A DNA stretch of 64,000 bases from Acidimicrobiia bacterium UBA5794 (GTDB lineage Bacteria; Actinomycetota; Acidimicrobiia; Spongiisociales; UBA5794): NCBI GenBank assembly GCA_002418265.1, contig DIDS01000009.1, positions 58,764-122,763 of the forward strand. Reading direction: 5' to 3'. Shown piece by piece: positions 47,877 through 58,029 of this stretch. A model generated the notes under the pieces. That model was not told the DNA's origin and ran no database searches. It saw only the letters and a program-made list of their open reading frames with translations. A program made the translations under genes and the position numbers. Position 1 is the first letter of the stretch; each line of letters begins with the position of its first letter.

Positions 47877-48977
47877 ATGAATTCCACGACACCCCCCGTT
47901 GTGCCTGTCATCCTCTCGGGTGGAATCGGATCACGCCTATGGCCAGCGTCACGCCGAACCATTCCCAAACAACTCCTGCCGCTCGTTGAGGAGCGCTCGA
48001 TGATCCGTGCAACATTCGAAAGGGCACAACGAATCGACGGTGCCACATCTCCGATCATTGTGACCAATGAGGACCATGTCGATGCCATCGATGCTGATCT
48101 CGACCGACGGCATGACGTGACGCTCATCATCGAACCGGTCGGCCGTAATACCGCACCAGCTGTCGCGGTGGCCGCGTACGAGGCAATGCGAGGAGGATCC
48201 GATCCTCTCCTCCTCGTACTCCCGTCTGATCATGTGATCACCGATGAGCTGGCATTCTCCGCAGCCGTGTCGGCGGCGGCAGCACAAGCAGCCGAGGGCT
48301 ACCTCGCCACATTCGGGATCAACCCCGACAAGGCCGAGACGGGATATGGATACATCTCGGTTGGAGATGCGATCGCTCCGTCAGTCCACAGGGTCGTCGA
48401 GTTCAGGGAGAAACCTGACGCGCAAACAGCAGCGCAGTACCTGGCGTCGGGGACCTATTTGTGGAACTCGGGCATGTTTCTATTCAAAGCTTCCACCTTC
48501 CTCAACGAACTTCATGAATTTGCATCCGACATCGCCGACGGCGCCGAACATGCCTGGAACAAAGCGTCCCGCGAACGAAACCGGGTCGTCCTCAACCATA
48601 GAATTTTTTCAACGGTTCGAGGGGAGTCGATCGACTACGCCGTGATGGAAAAGACCGCCAATGCTGCGGTGGTTCCAACCGATCCTGGCTGGAGCGACGT
48701 CGGATCATGGGCATCGCTGTGGGAGATAGCTGACAAGGATGAGCATGGGAACATTCTCGTTGGAGACGTCATCGACGTTGATGTCAGCGGCTCGTACATC
48801 GCCGCTGGGGACCGACTCATCGCCATCGTCGGAGTCGAAGACATCATCGTGGTCGATACCCCGGATGCCCTTCTGGTCATATCCAGGGATCGAGCTCAAG
48901 ATGTCAAGCAGATTGTCGACCGGCTCGATGCGGACAATCGACCGGAGCTCGAAGCCCGTCCATCTGAGCATGGGTAG
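47877..48977 (+). CDS. manC: mannose-1-phosphate guanylyltransferase (GDP-mannose pyrophosphorylase)
   Basis: VILSGGIGSRLWPASRRTIPKQ, LPSDHVI, GYGYI, VEKP-like blocks. Start at MNSTTPP; the track ORF begins at 47382. Confidence 0.8.
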   Translation: MNSTTPPVVPVILSGGIGSRLWPASRRTIPKQLLPLVEERSMIRATFERAQRIDGATSPIIVTNEDHVDAIDADLDRRHDVTLIIEPVGRNTAPAVAVAAYEAMRGGSDPLLLVLPSDHVITDELAFSAAVSAAAAQAAEGYLATFGINPDKAETGYGYISVGDAIAPSVHRVVEFREKPDAQTAAQYLASGTYLWNSGMFLFKASTFLNELHEFASDIADGAEHAWNKASRERNRVVLNHRIFSTVRGESIDYAVMEKTANAAVVPTDPGWSDVGSWASLWEIADKDEHGNILVGDVIDVDVSGSYIAAGDRLIAIVGVEDIIVVDTPDALLVISRDRAQDVKQIVDRLDADNRPELEARPSEHG

Positions 48978-49091
48978 AGCAATGGCGAGCCACGCTGCGG
49001 ACACGTAGGGTGACATAGCGGTTAGGTGATGACGAAAATGCGACGATATCAAGCATCCAACGCAGATTCTCGGGAAAGTTGAGTCGGAGAC

Positions 49092-49556
49092 ATGGCCCCG
49101 GTAGTGATCAGCGCATTGATTGTCGGGTTCATCGCCTGGGCAATCATGCTGTCTCGTCAACAATCGCAACGCAAGAAAGAGGCCATTGCCTCATTGCAAG
49201 AGGAGAAGGAGAGCCTTTCTGCATTCAGCATCCACGCTCTCGTGGAGGCAGAAGTTGCAGACCTGGGGCTCGCTGAGATTGACGGTGCCAAGGACATACC
49301 TGCGGAAATTCTCCTCAAGACTTGGAATACCAGCCAGCACATTGTCGCCAAGTGTCGGTCACGAGAAAGCCTCCGATTCACAACCGCCGAAGGGGTGCAA
49401 CCCGGCAACGCAACCGAGCGCGACGTTGACCTGGTCTGCGACGATCCGGAAGGTGCGTTGTCACCCGAATCGACCGGCGGCACCGCAGAACGACCTATCG
49501 AAGCCGACCGCAAACCTGGCGATGAACCCAGTCCGAACGATTCGTCAAATCCGTAG
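49092..49556 (+). CDS. small membrane-anchored hypothetical protein
   Basis: N-terminal TM segment (VVISALIVGFIAWAIML), a coiled KKEAIASLQEEKE stretch and an acidic tail. RBS ggagac. Confidence 0.45.
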   Translation: MAPVVISALIVGFIAWAIMLSRQQSQRKKEAIASLQEEKESLSAFSIHALVEAEVADLGLAEIDGAKDIPAEILLKTWNTSQHIVAKCRSRESLRFTTAEGVQPGNATERDVDLVCDDPEGALSPESTGGTAERPIEADRKPGDEPSPNDSSNP

Positions 49557-49591
49557 CCACTGAATCGGTAGCCACCGACACATCCTTCGAT

Positions 49592-49605
49592 ATCGGACGT
49601 CCGAT
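49592..49605. promoter_or_regulatory. palindrome ATCGGACGTCCGAT upstream of the HerA-like gene
   Basis: Perfect 14-bp palindrome 33 bp upstream of the ATG at 49638. Shares GACGTCCGATGTC with locus K. Confidence 0.35.
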
Positions 49606-49637
49606 GTCCATCCTCAGCCCTCAGTAGGCTGCCGCCC

Positions 49638-51956
49638 ATGAGTTTCTATCTCGGTGGACCCATAGACGACGCTGGCGAACGTGTCAATGGGAACACCTTC
49701 CAATACGACCCATCAGATTTGACGACGCACGGCGTGATCGTGGGAATGACGGGTTCGGGAAAAACGGGACTCGGCATCATCTTTCTCGAAGAGGCGCTAC
49801 GAGCCGGAATCCCAACCCTCGTCATCGACCCGAAGGGGGACATGACGAACCTTCTCCTCACGTTCCCGGATCTGTCTCCGACCGACTTCGAACCGTGGGT
49901 TGATGCCGCCGCTGCTGAAAAGGACGGTCGAACCTCACATGAGGAAGCCACCGCGGAAGCAGCGAAGTGGAAAACGGGTCTTGGCTGGTGGGACCTCAAT
50001 GCCGACGCCATCGCCAGCTTGCGCGAGCGAGCCGGAATGACGATCTACACGCCGGGATCGAATGCCGCAAATCCATTGAACATCGTGGGCAATCTCAACC
50101 CTCCGGTTCTTTCTTGGGACACGGATTCCGAGACCATCCGTGATGAGATCGAAGGCTTCACATCTGGACTTCTCGGTTTGATCGGCATAGACGCAGATCC
50201 GATTTCGTCACGTGAACACATACTGATCGCCAACCTTGTGGAACGAGCCTGGCGTGAAGGAACCACCCTCGACATCGGAACGATCATCACCCAGATCGCC
50301 AACCCGCCGATGCGCAAGCTTGGGGTGTTTGAGGTCGACCAGTTCTTTCCCGAGAAGGACCGCATGAAGCTGGCCATGCAACTCAATGGTCTTCTTGCGT
50401 CGCCATCGTTCGCCGCTTGGATGGCTGGTAACGACCTCGATATCGAGTCGCTCCTGTGGAAGAACGGAAAGCCGCAAGCGGCAATCATGTATCTCGCCCA
50501 CCTATCGGACATGGAACGCCAGTTCGTCGTCACCATGATCTACACAAGGCTCATCACGTGGATGCGATCACAGCCAGGAAGCAGCGACCTGCGAGTACTC
50601 GCCTACATGGATGAGGTCTTCGGATTCGTTCCTCCCACCGCGCAGCCGCCAGCCAAGAAGCCGATCCTCACATTGCTCAAGCAGGCGAGGGCCTTTGGTG
50701 TGGGCATGCTCTTGTCAACCCAGAATCCTGTCGATCTCGACTACAAGGCAATGTCGAATGCAGGAACTTGGTGTATCGGCCGACTCCAAACTGAGCGTGA
50801 CAAGGCACGGATCATCGAAGCTCTCACAACCTCGTCCGGAGCGATAGACACCGCCGAGATGGACACAACGATTTCCAAGCTTCCCAAACGTGGTTTCGTG
50901 ATCCACAACACAAGGGAAAAGGTGCCGACCACGATCACCACCCGATGGGCGATGTCGTATCTCAGAGGACCGATGACACGGGAAGAGGTGTCGCGCTTCA
51001 AGGACACTGCAACGGTGAAGGCGGCGAAGCCTCCATCACCGGCCGCCGACCCGACCCCGGATCCCACGAGCATTTCGGGACCTACGAGGACCCCCGAGGT
51101 CGCAGAAGGAGTTGCGTCCGTTGCGATCCATCCGGCCGCCCCATGGCGTGCGATCGTGGGCGACTCCGACGCCGGAACCGCGTACCGCGCGGCCTTCGCT
51201 GTCGATGTTGAGATGCGGTTCGACGAATCAAGGATCGGTGTCGACCACGTAGAGAGCTGGGAAGCCATCGTGATTGACCCAACGATCGATGATCTGTCAG
51301 ACCTCATCGAGATCGACTATGACACGCGAGACTTCATCGAGCCAGACAGCGCCATTCCCTTTCTGCCGACCGATGTGCCGATATCTCAACCGGGATTCTT
51401 CAACGACCTCAAGGCACGCGTCAAGAAGCATCTGGACACAAACGAGACGCTTGAGCTCTCACGAAATGCCGACCTCAAACTGGTTTCTCGTCCTGGTGAA
51501 CCCGAGAGCGACTTTCTTGTTCGCTGCCAGGACGCCGCCAACAATGCAGCCGATGCCGAAAAGGCCAAAGCTATTTCCAAGTACGAGACTCGCCTGAGGC
51601 GTGTTCGGCGCGCCTATGACGATGCTGTTGCTGACGCAAGCCTGGCTGAGCAGGCTGCTGCCGACGAGCAGCGCTCCGCCCTTCTCGGCTTCGGTCTCGA
51701 TCTCCTTACGGGCCGCAAGGCGCGACTTCCAGGCTCGCGATCTCGAACGACGCAGGATCGTGCCAGGCGCGCACAGTCCAAGATCGACTCCAAACGTGCA
51801 GAGTACGAAGACCTCACCGCTGAAATGGAGGACGCGTGTGTCGCAATCGACGACAAGTGGGATACCAAGGTCTCCAACATCGAACCGGTGACAATCGGCC
51901 TTGAGGCCGACGACATCCGCGTCACCGATGTCAAAGTGGTCTGGATACGGACCTAA
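49638..51956 (+). CDS. HerA/FtsK-superfamily P-loop ATPase (DUF853/YjgR-like) with roughly 290-aa C-terminal coiled-coil extension
   Basis: Walker A VIVGMTGSGKTGLG, Walker B LAYMDEVFGF, and the conserved LLSTQNPVDLDYKAMSNAGTWCIGRLQTERDK block. 772 aa. Confidence 0.7.
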   Translation: MSFYLGGPIDDAGERVNGNTFQYDPSDLTTHGVIVGMTGSGKTGLGIIFLEEALRAGIPTLVIDPKGDMTNLLLTFPDLSPTDFEPWVDAAAAEKDGRTSHEEATAEAAKWKTGLGWWDLNADAIASLRERAGMTIYTPGSNAANPLNIVGNLNPPVLSWDTDSETIRDEIEGFTSGLLGLIGIDADPISSREHILIANLVERAWREGTTLDIGTIITQIANPPMRKLGVFEVDQFFPEKDRMKLAMQLNGLLASPSFAAWMAGNDLDIESLLWKNGKPQAAIMYLAHLSDMERQFVVTMIYTRLITWMRSQPGSSDLRVLAYMDEVFGFVPPTAQPPAKKPILTLLKQARAFGVGMLLSTQNPVDLDYKAMSNAGTWCIGRLQTERDKARIIEALTTSSGAIDTAEMDTTISKLPKRGFVIHNTREKVPTTITTRWAMSYLRGPMTREEVSRFKDTATVKAAKPPSPAADPTPDPTSISGPTRTPEVAEGVASVAIHPAAPWRAIVGDSDAGTAYRAAFAVDVEMRFDESRIGVDHVESWEAIVIDPTIDDLSDLIEIDYDTRDFIEPDSAIPFLPTDVPISQPGFFNDLKARVKKHLDTNETLELSRNADLKLVSRPGEPESDFLVRCQDAANNAADAEKAKAISKYETRLRRVRRAYDDAVADASLAEQAAADEQRSALLGFGLDLLTGRKARLPGSRSRTTQDRARRAQSKIDSKRAEYEDLTAEMEDACVAIDDKWDTKVSNIEPVTIGLEADDIRVTDVKVVWIRT

Positions 51957-52229
51957 CGGTCAGACATCAGACATCAGACGGCCCCCCTGCGGAGCAGCGC
52001 CTGCTGCGCAGGCGTTGCTCCGCGTCCCCCCGGTAGCCGGGGGGACGGGAAAAAGTCCAACACCGTCCTCCCGCTTGCGGGGGGACGCGCCGAGCGCAGC
52101 GAGGAGCAGGGGGGCTTCCGACGTCTGACCTCTGGAAGACGGGGCTCGCAGGCTCGCACGCCCCCCTGATTCGACTACGTAGGATTAGTCCCTCCTGAAG
52201 GGGGGACGGGAGATCGGAAGATCTCGAAG
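51957..52229. repeat. heptamers plus composite REP/MITE-like element (locus M)
   Basis: cagacatcagacatcagacg, then a copy related to locus L, then a reverse-complement copy of the 114-bp unit of locus N (tcctcccgcttgcggggggacgcgccgagcgcagcgaggagcaggggggcttccgacgtc; ggaagacggggctcgcaggctcgcacgccc). Confidence 0.9.
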
Positions 52230-53279
52230 CTATATGAGATCCTGTTCGCGGATTCCGAAGCTTGGATGTCGCAGCCGACACAAAGCCAGCTTTTCAAGTT
52301 GTCGAATGCGCTCGCGTGTCAGGTTGAATTCCTCGCCGATCTCTTCAAGGGTGCGCGGTATCCCGTCATAGAACCCGTAGCGAAGGGCAAGGATGCGACC
52401 TTCCCTTGTGGGAAGACGGTCAATCGACTTGCGAAGCGAATTTGCAATGTCCATCTCTTCGGTGACCTTGACGGGGTCAACGGCATCCTCATCTTCGATG
52501 AAATCACCAAGTTGTGCCCCGTCTTCACCGATCGGCTGCTCGAGAGAGACGGTGTCGGCAACGGCAAGGGCAAGTTCAACCTTGGATACCTCAACGCCGG
52601 CCTCTTCCGCGATCTCGTCGGGTTTGGGATCACGTCCAAGCTCAGCCTTGAGCGATGCCTGCGCTGCGCGCACGGCAGCGAGGGTGTCATGGAGATGAAC
52701 CGGAATTCTGACAGTACGCGATTTGTCGGCAATGGCACGGGTGATCGCCTGCCGGATCCACCACGTTGCATATGTCGAGAACTTGAACCCCTTGCGCCAG
52801 TCGAACTTCTCAACCGCCCGGATCAGGCCAAGATTGCCTTCCTGGATCAGGTCAAGGAAATCGATCCCGGAGGTGTTCGCATACCGACGGGCGTTCGCCA
52901 CCACAAGACGCAGGTTTGCGGTCAGAAAGGCATCCTTGGCCTCACTCCCGCGCCGTACCTGGCGCTTCAAGAGAATGTGTTCAGCCTTGGTCTTGTAATC
53001 GCCAGCCTCAAGGCGTTGGATCGCTGCCTGTCCTGCCTCGATCTTCTGGGCATAGTCAACTTCATTCTCGGCCGTGAGAAGCTCGAACTCGCCGATTGAA
53101 GTCAGATACTGAGAAACGAGGTCAGTTGTCAGCCTGCCACGGTCATCGGTCAGCTTGGATCGTTCGCGATCCTTGAGTGATCGAGACAGCGTGTCACGAT
53201 CCATCCGCTCTTTGGCTTCCTCGCGTTCGCGGGCAGCCTTGTCGACGATCGCTTTTCGCGGCTTTGAATCTGTCGTCAT
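52230..53279 (-). CDS. RNA polymerase sigma-70 family factor, group 2 (SigB/HrdB-like)
   Basis: Regions 1.2, 2 ([31 protein letters not shown]), 3 and 4 ([20 protein letters not shown]). Confidence 0.85.
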   Translation of the reverse strand: MTTDSKPRKAIVDKAAREREEAKERMDRDTLSRSLKDRERSKLTDDRGRLTTDLVSQYLTSIGEFELLTAENEVDYAQKIEAGQAAIQRLEAGDYKTKAEHILLKRQVRRGSEAKDAFLTANLRLVVANARRYANTSGIDFLDLIQEGNLGLIRAVEKFDWRKGFKFSTYATWWIRQAITRAIADKSRTVRIPVHLHDTLAAVRAAQASLKAELGRDPKPDEIAEEAGVEVSKVELALAVADTVSLEQPIGEDGAQLGDFIEDEDAVDPVKVTEEMDIANSLRKSIDRLPTREGRILALRYGFYDGIPRTLEEIGEEFNLTRERIRQLEKLALCRLRHPSFGIREQDLI

Positions 53280-53509
53280 CCAACATCCTCCATGGCGATC
53301 GACGGTTGACGTCTGTGAAACGTTGCCCGGCCGTGTATGCCCTAGTCCACCAACTCAGGATTCCTACCCAATATCACACACGCTGTCCCGTTTGTGAACC
53401 CATTTCTCTCCAACCAGAAGGTAGGAACACCGATGTCGTACCCACAGACCGAAAGCACTCGCTGCTGGCACGGAGCTCCCAAGTTGGCCGCCGAGCGTAT
53501 CCTCACACG

Positions 53510-54145
53510 ATGCCCGACACCTCGACAATTCTGCTCTTTGCACTCGCATCGCTGATACTCGTGGTCATTCCCGGACCCGCAGTCGTCTACATCCTGACCC
53601 GTAGTGTCAGCCAAGGACGAACTGCTGGTCTCGTCTCTGCCGTCGGAGTCAACGTCGGGTCCACCGTTCACGTACTCGCCGCGGTGCTCGGCCTGTCCAT
53701 CATCCTGGCGCGGTCCGCAGTGGCGTTTGCAACGATCAAGTGGGTCGGTGTCATCTATCTCGCGTGGATCGGAATCCGAACCCTCCGGTCAGATGACACG
53801 ATCTTTGAGCAGGTGGCTACGGAACAACAGGAACTGCGAGCCGTCTTCCTCCAAGCAGTCCTCGTGAACATCCTGAACCCGAAGGTAGCAATCTTCTTCC
53901 TCGCATTCCTGCCTCAGTTCGTCGATACAAGTGCCGCGAACCCGGCGCTCCAAACGTTCGTCTTGGGGATGACGCTCATCCTGATCGGTCTCATGTCCGA
54001 TTCGGCGTATGCCATCATCGGAGGATCCGTCGGAGACCTGTTTCGATCCAAGCCGAGAGCCGCGCGCAACACCAGAATCGGTGCCGGCGTGACATATCTC
54101 GCATTGGCTGGTGTCGCCGCGGCAACAGGCACCCGTTCCTCCTAG
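53510..54145 (+). CDS. LysE/RhtB-family amino-acid exporter
   Basis: 211 aa, 6 TM segments, typical LysE N-terminus (LLFALASLILVVIPGPAVVYIL). The track ORF is extended upstream to 53177. Confidence 0.8.
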   Translation: MPDTSTILLFALASLILVVIPGPAVVYILTRSVSQGRTAGLVSAVGVNVGSTVHVLAAVLGLSIILARSAVAFATIKWVGVIYLAWIGIRTLRSDDTIFEQVATEQQELRAVFLQAVLVNILNPKVAIFFLAFLPQFVDTSAANPALQTFVLGMTLILIGLMSDSAYAIIGGSVGDLFRSKPRAARNTRIGAGVTYLALAGVAAATGTRSS

Positions 54146-54192
54146 CGATACGCAGTTTGTCGAGAAAACAACTGCCGCCATACGCTCCCCGG

Positions 54193-54576
54193 ATGGCCAG
54201 ACCGACAACCTTCATCGCCGCGCTCGTCGTGGCCCTCGCCGTTGCCGCATGTGGGGGTGGCACCAGTGAGCCTGCGCCGACGGGACCGCTCGGCCCTGGT
54301 GACATCGAACGTGGACAGGCGGTGTACAAGAGCACCTGCCAATCGTGTCACGGTGGCGACGCGACAGGTATCAGCGGACTCGGGAAGGCGCTCAAAGGTA
54401 GCGAATTCGTTGCGAGCCTCACCGAGGTGGAGCTTGCCGAGTTCGTCAAGGCTGGAAGACCAACCAGTGATCCGGCCAACACGACGGGACTTGACATGCC
54501 AGCCAAGGGCGGCAACCCCAGTTTGAACGACCAGCAGCTCCGCGATGTCGCTGCCTATCTCAGATCCCTCAACTGA
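54193..54576 (+). CDS. class I c-type cytochrome lipoprotein
   Basis: Lipobox ALAVAACGGG, haem motif CQSCHG, and a distal Met region. Start at MARPTTF. Confidence 0.7.
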   Translation: MARPTTFIAALVVALAVAACGGGTSEPAPTGPLGPGDIERGQAVYKSTCQSCHGGDATGISGLGKALKGSEFVASLTEVELAEFVKAGRPTSDPANTTGLDMPAKGGNPSLNDQQLRDVAAYLRSLN

Positions 54577-54638
54577 TCAAGAAGGGCAGAAAGCCCGAAA
54601 GCCATACGGTTACGGGTGTTCGCCGTATCCTCAACGCC

Positions 54639-55676
54639 ATGCCAAAGACCACCTCGAACCTTCCCATCTGTATCCATTGTGGAACACCCCGCCCTGCTGA
54701 CGAAACACTCTGCCCACAATGCGGAGAACCATGGATTGATGTCCGCGTCGCTGAGCCATCGGCTGTCGCGGCATCAGACGATCCACCTGCTTCGGACGAT
54801 GATGCTCCAAAAGATTCTGCGGCAGATACCGCGGTTGTACCGGCCGCAGCGATACCGCCGCCTGCGGCTCCCCCGCCAATCATCCCCATCGAAGACACCG
54901 GCGAGTTCGGAATGGACGAGTGGACCCTGCCACCTGAGCCTCCCTCAAACAAAGCCATGTGGTTGCTTCCGGTGGCACTCGTTGTTGCAGTCATCGCGTT
55001 TTGGTCGTTCGTGTACTTCGGCGGCGACTCACCAACCACGACATCCGTCGCCGCCCAGCCCTCAACGACGACAACGCAGGCATCCACGACAACGGTGGCG
55101 GAGGTCGTCGAGGAGTCATCCACAACAACGTCGTCGACAACCACAACAACAACCGTCCCGTACCCTCCGGCATCCGACTGGGCCGCTTCGGGCGATCCAC
55201 TCTCGACAGCTGAACTTGCTTTGAAAGCTGCGGGAATCGGACCGATCGACTTCGGGTCACAGCTCGGTGACGTTGCCGGGCAACTTGTCGCAAGCCTTGG
55301 CGCTGCTGAGGCTGCCGGTGATTCCAACCTCTGCCCACCCTCAGAGACGTATTGGCTCCAGTGGGGACAACTGAAGGCAATCTTCGACGGGTGGGAACCG
55401 GATTCGAACTTCGTGTCCTACCGCTACGAGGAGACGGACGACGCAAGTACCGATGTGGAACTCGAAACGCTCTCAGGGCTCCAGCTCGGACAGACAGTGG
55501 CCCAGCTGAAGTCAACGTACGATTCGTTTACCGTGACGTTTGAGCTCATCGATGGACAGGACCACTTCAGATTGGTCGATGGCGGGGACCTGCTCTTGTG
55601 GGGACCCGTGTCAAGCACGGAGGATGACGGCATCGTGCAGGGCATCTACTCACCGTCGCCCTGCCCTCAGCCTTGA
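54639..55676 (+). CDS. zinc-ribbon membrane protein with Thr-rich linker and conserved extracytoplasmic C-terminal domain
   Basis: CIHCG...CPQCG zinc ribbon, one TM segment, T-rich linker. C-terminal domain is paralogous to the 58030 gene (LLLWGPV...GIYSPSPC). Confidence 0.5.
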   Translation: MPKTTSNLPICIHCGTPRPADETLCPQCGEPWIDVRVAEPSAVAASDDPPASDDDAPKDSAADTAVVPAAAIPPPAAPPPIIPIEDTGEFGMDEWTLPPEPPSNKAMWLLPVALVVAVIAFWSFVYFGGDSPTTTSVAAQPSTTTTQASTTTVAEVVEESSTTTSSTTTTTTVPYPPASDWAASGDPLSTAELALKAAGIGPIDFGSQLGDVAGQLVASLGAAEAAGDSNLCPPSETYWLQWGQLKAIFDGWEPDSNFVSYRYEETDDASTDVELETLSGLQLGQTVAQLKSTYDSFTVTFELIDGQDHFRLVDGGDLLLWGPVSSTEDDGIVQGIYSPSPCPQP

Positions 55677-55714
55677 TCCCAGCGTCCGTCGGCACCAATC
55701 GAAAGCGAAAGCCC

Positions 55715-56707
55715 ATGAATGGCAGCGACAGCCAGCTGAAGCTCGATACCGGTGATACCGGGAAGCTCGATCGAACCGCTCGACCGTCCGAGCTGGCCAA
55801 AGGAGTGGCAATCGTTGGTGCCCTTGGCGTGTTTGGACTTCTCGCCTACTCGACCCAATCAACATCCGGCTTGATTCTGGCAGTCGTCCTCGGGGGGTTG
55901 AGTGGAGTTGTTCTGTGGTGGGCGTTGAGCACAGCCATACCAAAGCAACACCTTGATGGGGCCCTTGAAACCCTCACCGAGCTCGGAAGCATTCCGCTCC
56001 ACGACCTACCGGCCCCAGCCCTGTCGAACTCAAACAGCACTGGGGCATACATGGACGTTGTGCGTACGATTCAAGACCAGACCACGGGACGCGTTCTCCT
56101 CTTCACGTCCCCGTCACCAGGTCAGGGATCAACAACAGTCGCTCTGAACGTGGCGATCGCTGCGGCAAGGCTCGGACGACGCGTCATGCTGATCGATGCC
56201 GACACAACACACCACGGAATTGCACGGTTCCTCTCAACCGGCTCGACCCCAGGGTTGACCGAGCTCGCCGCCGGTGAACGCTCGCTGTTGGAGGTAGCTC
56301 GCATGCTGGCAATCGACGAGACCTTGCGGCTTCCCGTCATCCCTGCAGGTGCTCCCAACGGCGACGACTCTCTTCTTGGGGGCCTCGAGATCGGTGAGGC
56401 AATCGACCGAGTATCCGAGCGTGCAGATCTCGTCATCATTGATGCTCCACCCATCGGATGGTCCGATGCAACCCCCCACCTTGCCGTCCACGCTGATGGC
56501 TCGATCCTGGTCGTGACACCAAACTCCGACCCGAAGAAGGCCTCACAAACAGCGTCGAAGCTCACCGATGTTGGAGCGCCACCGCTCGGCTTCATCGTCA
56601 ATCGATCGGGAGGCCAAGCACCGCTTGCCCCGTCTCTGAGACGGGGGAACCCCTCGCAGGCTCCGACTTCTGATGCTACGCCCGCCGACACCGAGAACGA
56701 CCGATGA
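55715..56707 (+). CDS. BY-kinase-like / chain-length-determinant protein with degenerate Walker A
   Basis: Two N-terminal TM segments. P-loop-like TSPSPGQGSTTVALNVA where the Lys is replaced by Ser. VMLIDADTTHHG and LVIIDAPP blocks resemble CapB/Wzc. Confidence 0.5.
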   Translation: MNGSDSQLKLDTGDTGKLDRTARPSELAKGVAIVGALGVFGLLAYSTQSTSGLILAVVLGGLSGVVLWWALSTAIPKQHLDGALETLTELGSIPLHDLPAPALSNSNSTGAYMDVVRTIQDQTTGRVLLFTSPSPGQGSTTVALNVAIAAARLGRRVMLIDADTTHHGIARFLSTGSTPGLTELAAGERSLLEVARMLAIDETLRLPVIPAGAPNGDDSLLGGLEIGEAIDRVSERADLVIIDAPPIGWSDATPHLAVHADGSILVVTPNSDPKKASQTASKLTDVGAPPLGFIVNRSGGQAPLAPSLRRGNPSQAPTSDATPADTENDR

Positions 56708-57960
56708 CCAGCGGATCTGAATCAACGTCCATGACGCGCAGGGTCTTCACCGTGGAGAACGGTATTTTCGCAGGGTCGACGTTTGCAGCTTTCGTACTCC
56801 TCATGACCATGGCGGACACCCATGCCCTGGTCGTTGCAGCCGCCGTGTCATCAACAGCGATTGGTCTCGCGATCTGGTGGTTCTTCGTCGCTCATGCCGA
56901 ATCATCCCATGCACCCAGACCTGGCCCCGTCGCCATCCGCGTTGTTGTCGGCGCTGTCGCCCTCCTCGTCGGCTACGGAGTGTTTACCGGTGCACAGCTG
57001 TTGGGTTCGTGGAACAGCATCGACCGCAAGGCCTTTGCGTTGGCTGATGCACGCGCAGCACTTCTTGAACCCATAGGTGTGCCCACGACCCTGCCAACCG
57101 TACCGGTGACGGAACCGCTCGGGGATCAGCCACCTCCCGACGAACCGACGCAGCCGAGCGAGTCCTTTGTCACCATGCTCCTCATCGGTGGCGATTCCAA
57201 CTCCGGAAACGGCGACGTGATCCTTTACCTAGTTCGCCCGACAAACGGTGCTGAGCCGTTCATGATGTCGTTTCCGAGAGACCTCTACGTAACGAACCCC
57301 TGTACCGGTGGAAAAACTCGCATCAATACGCTGTCAAAGGGATGCGCAGCCAAGGACATCAACGGGGGAACCTTGCTCTCGGTCCAGGTATCGGAGATGA
57401 CCGGGATCGATGTGGACCACTTCGCCGAGTTTGACTTTGACGGATTCATCGACGTCATCGACGCGGTGGGCGGTATCGAGATCTGTCTCGACCATGCCGT
57501 GAGAGATTTCAAGGCAAAACTCGATCTACCTGAAGGCTGCACCAATGCCAGCGGTGAGCAGGCACTGGCATGGGTTCGCACGCGTCACACCGAGGAGTTC
57601 CGCGACGGTGCCTGGCGTTCGGTTCCTGGAAGAGGCGACCTCCAACGTAACCAGCACCAGCAAGAACTCATTCTTCAACTTGCCAAGAAACTGAAGTCAT
57701 TCAGTTCGCCCCAGCAGCTCACCGAGGTGGTCAACGCAATTGCAGACACCTTCGTCTTGAGCAACACGTTGACCCTCACCGACGCGATCAGCCTCGCGTG
57801 GTCGGCCCGCGACATCGACATCGCTGAGATCAACCGTCTGGAAATCCCTGTTCGTTTGTCACGGTCTCCATCGAACCAGTCAATCCTCGTCGAGACAACA
57901 AGCCCGAAGGACGTGATCGCGAACCAGTACGGCGACGAACTTCCGAGGGAGAACTCGTAG
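56704..57960 (+). CDS. LytR-CpsA-Psr (LCP) family protein
   Basis: N-terminal TM segments. LCP core MLLIGGDSNSG...FMMSFPRDLYV...RINTLSKG. ATGA overlap with the upstream gene. Confidence 0.8.
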   Translation: MTSGSESTSMTRRVFTVENGIFAGSTFAAFVLLMTMADTHALVVAAAVSSTAIGLAIWWFFVAHAESSHAPRPGPVAIRVVVGAVALLVGYGVFTGAQLLGSWNSIDRKAFALADARAALLEPIGVPTTLPTVPVTEPLGDQPPPDEPTQPSESFVTMLLIGGDSNSGNGDVILYLVRPTNGAEPFMMSFPRDLYVTNPCTGGKTRINTLSKGCAAKDINGGTLLSVQVSEMTGIDVDHFAEFDFDGFIDVIDAVGGIEICLDHAVRDFKAKLDLPEGCTNASGEQALAWVRTRHTEEFRDGAWRSVPGRGDLQRNQHQQELILQLAKKLKSFSSPQQLTEVVNAIADTFVLSNTLTLTDAISLAWSARDIDIAEINRLEIPVRLSRSPSNQSILVETTSPKDVIANQYGDELPRENS

Positions 57961-58029
57961 TGTGCGTGATACCAGCGCACTTTCAACAAAGGGACATACA
58001 ATGCGGGTGACCCAACGAGGATCGGTGCT

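Noticed and set aside
53177-53509. 111-aa N-terminal extension of the LysE ORF in the track
   Set aside because: The extension is Cys/Arg-rich and overlaps the 5' end of the divergent sigma-factor gene. The LysE family begins at MPDTSTILLF.
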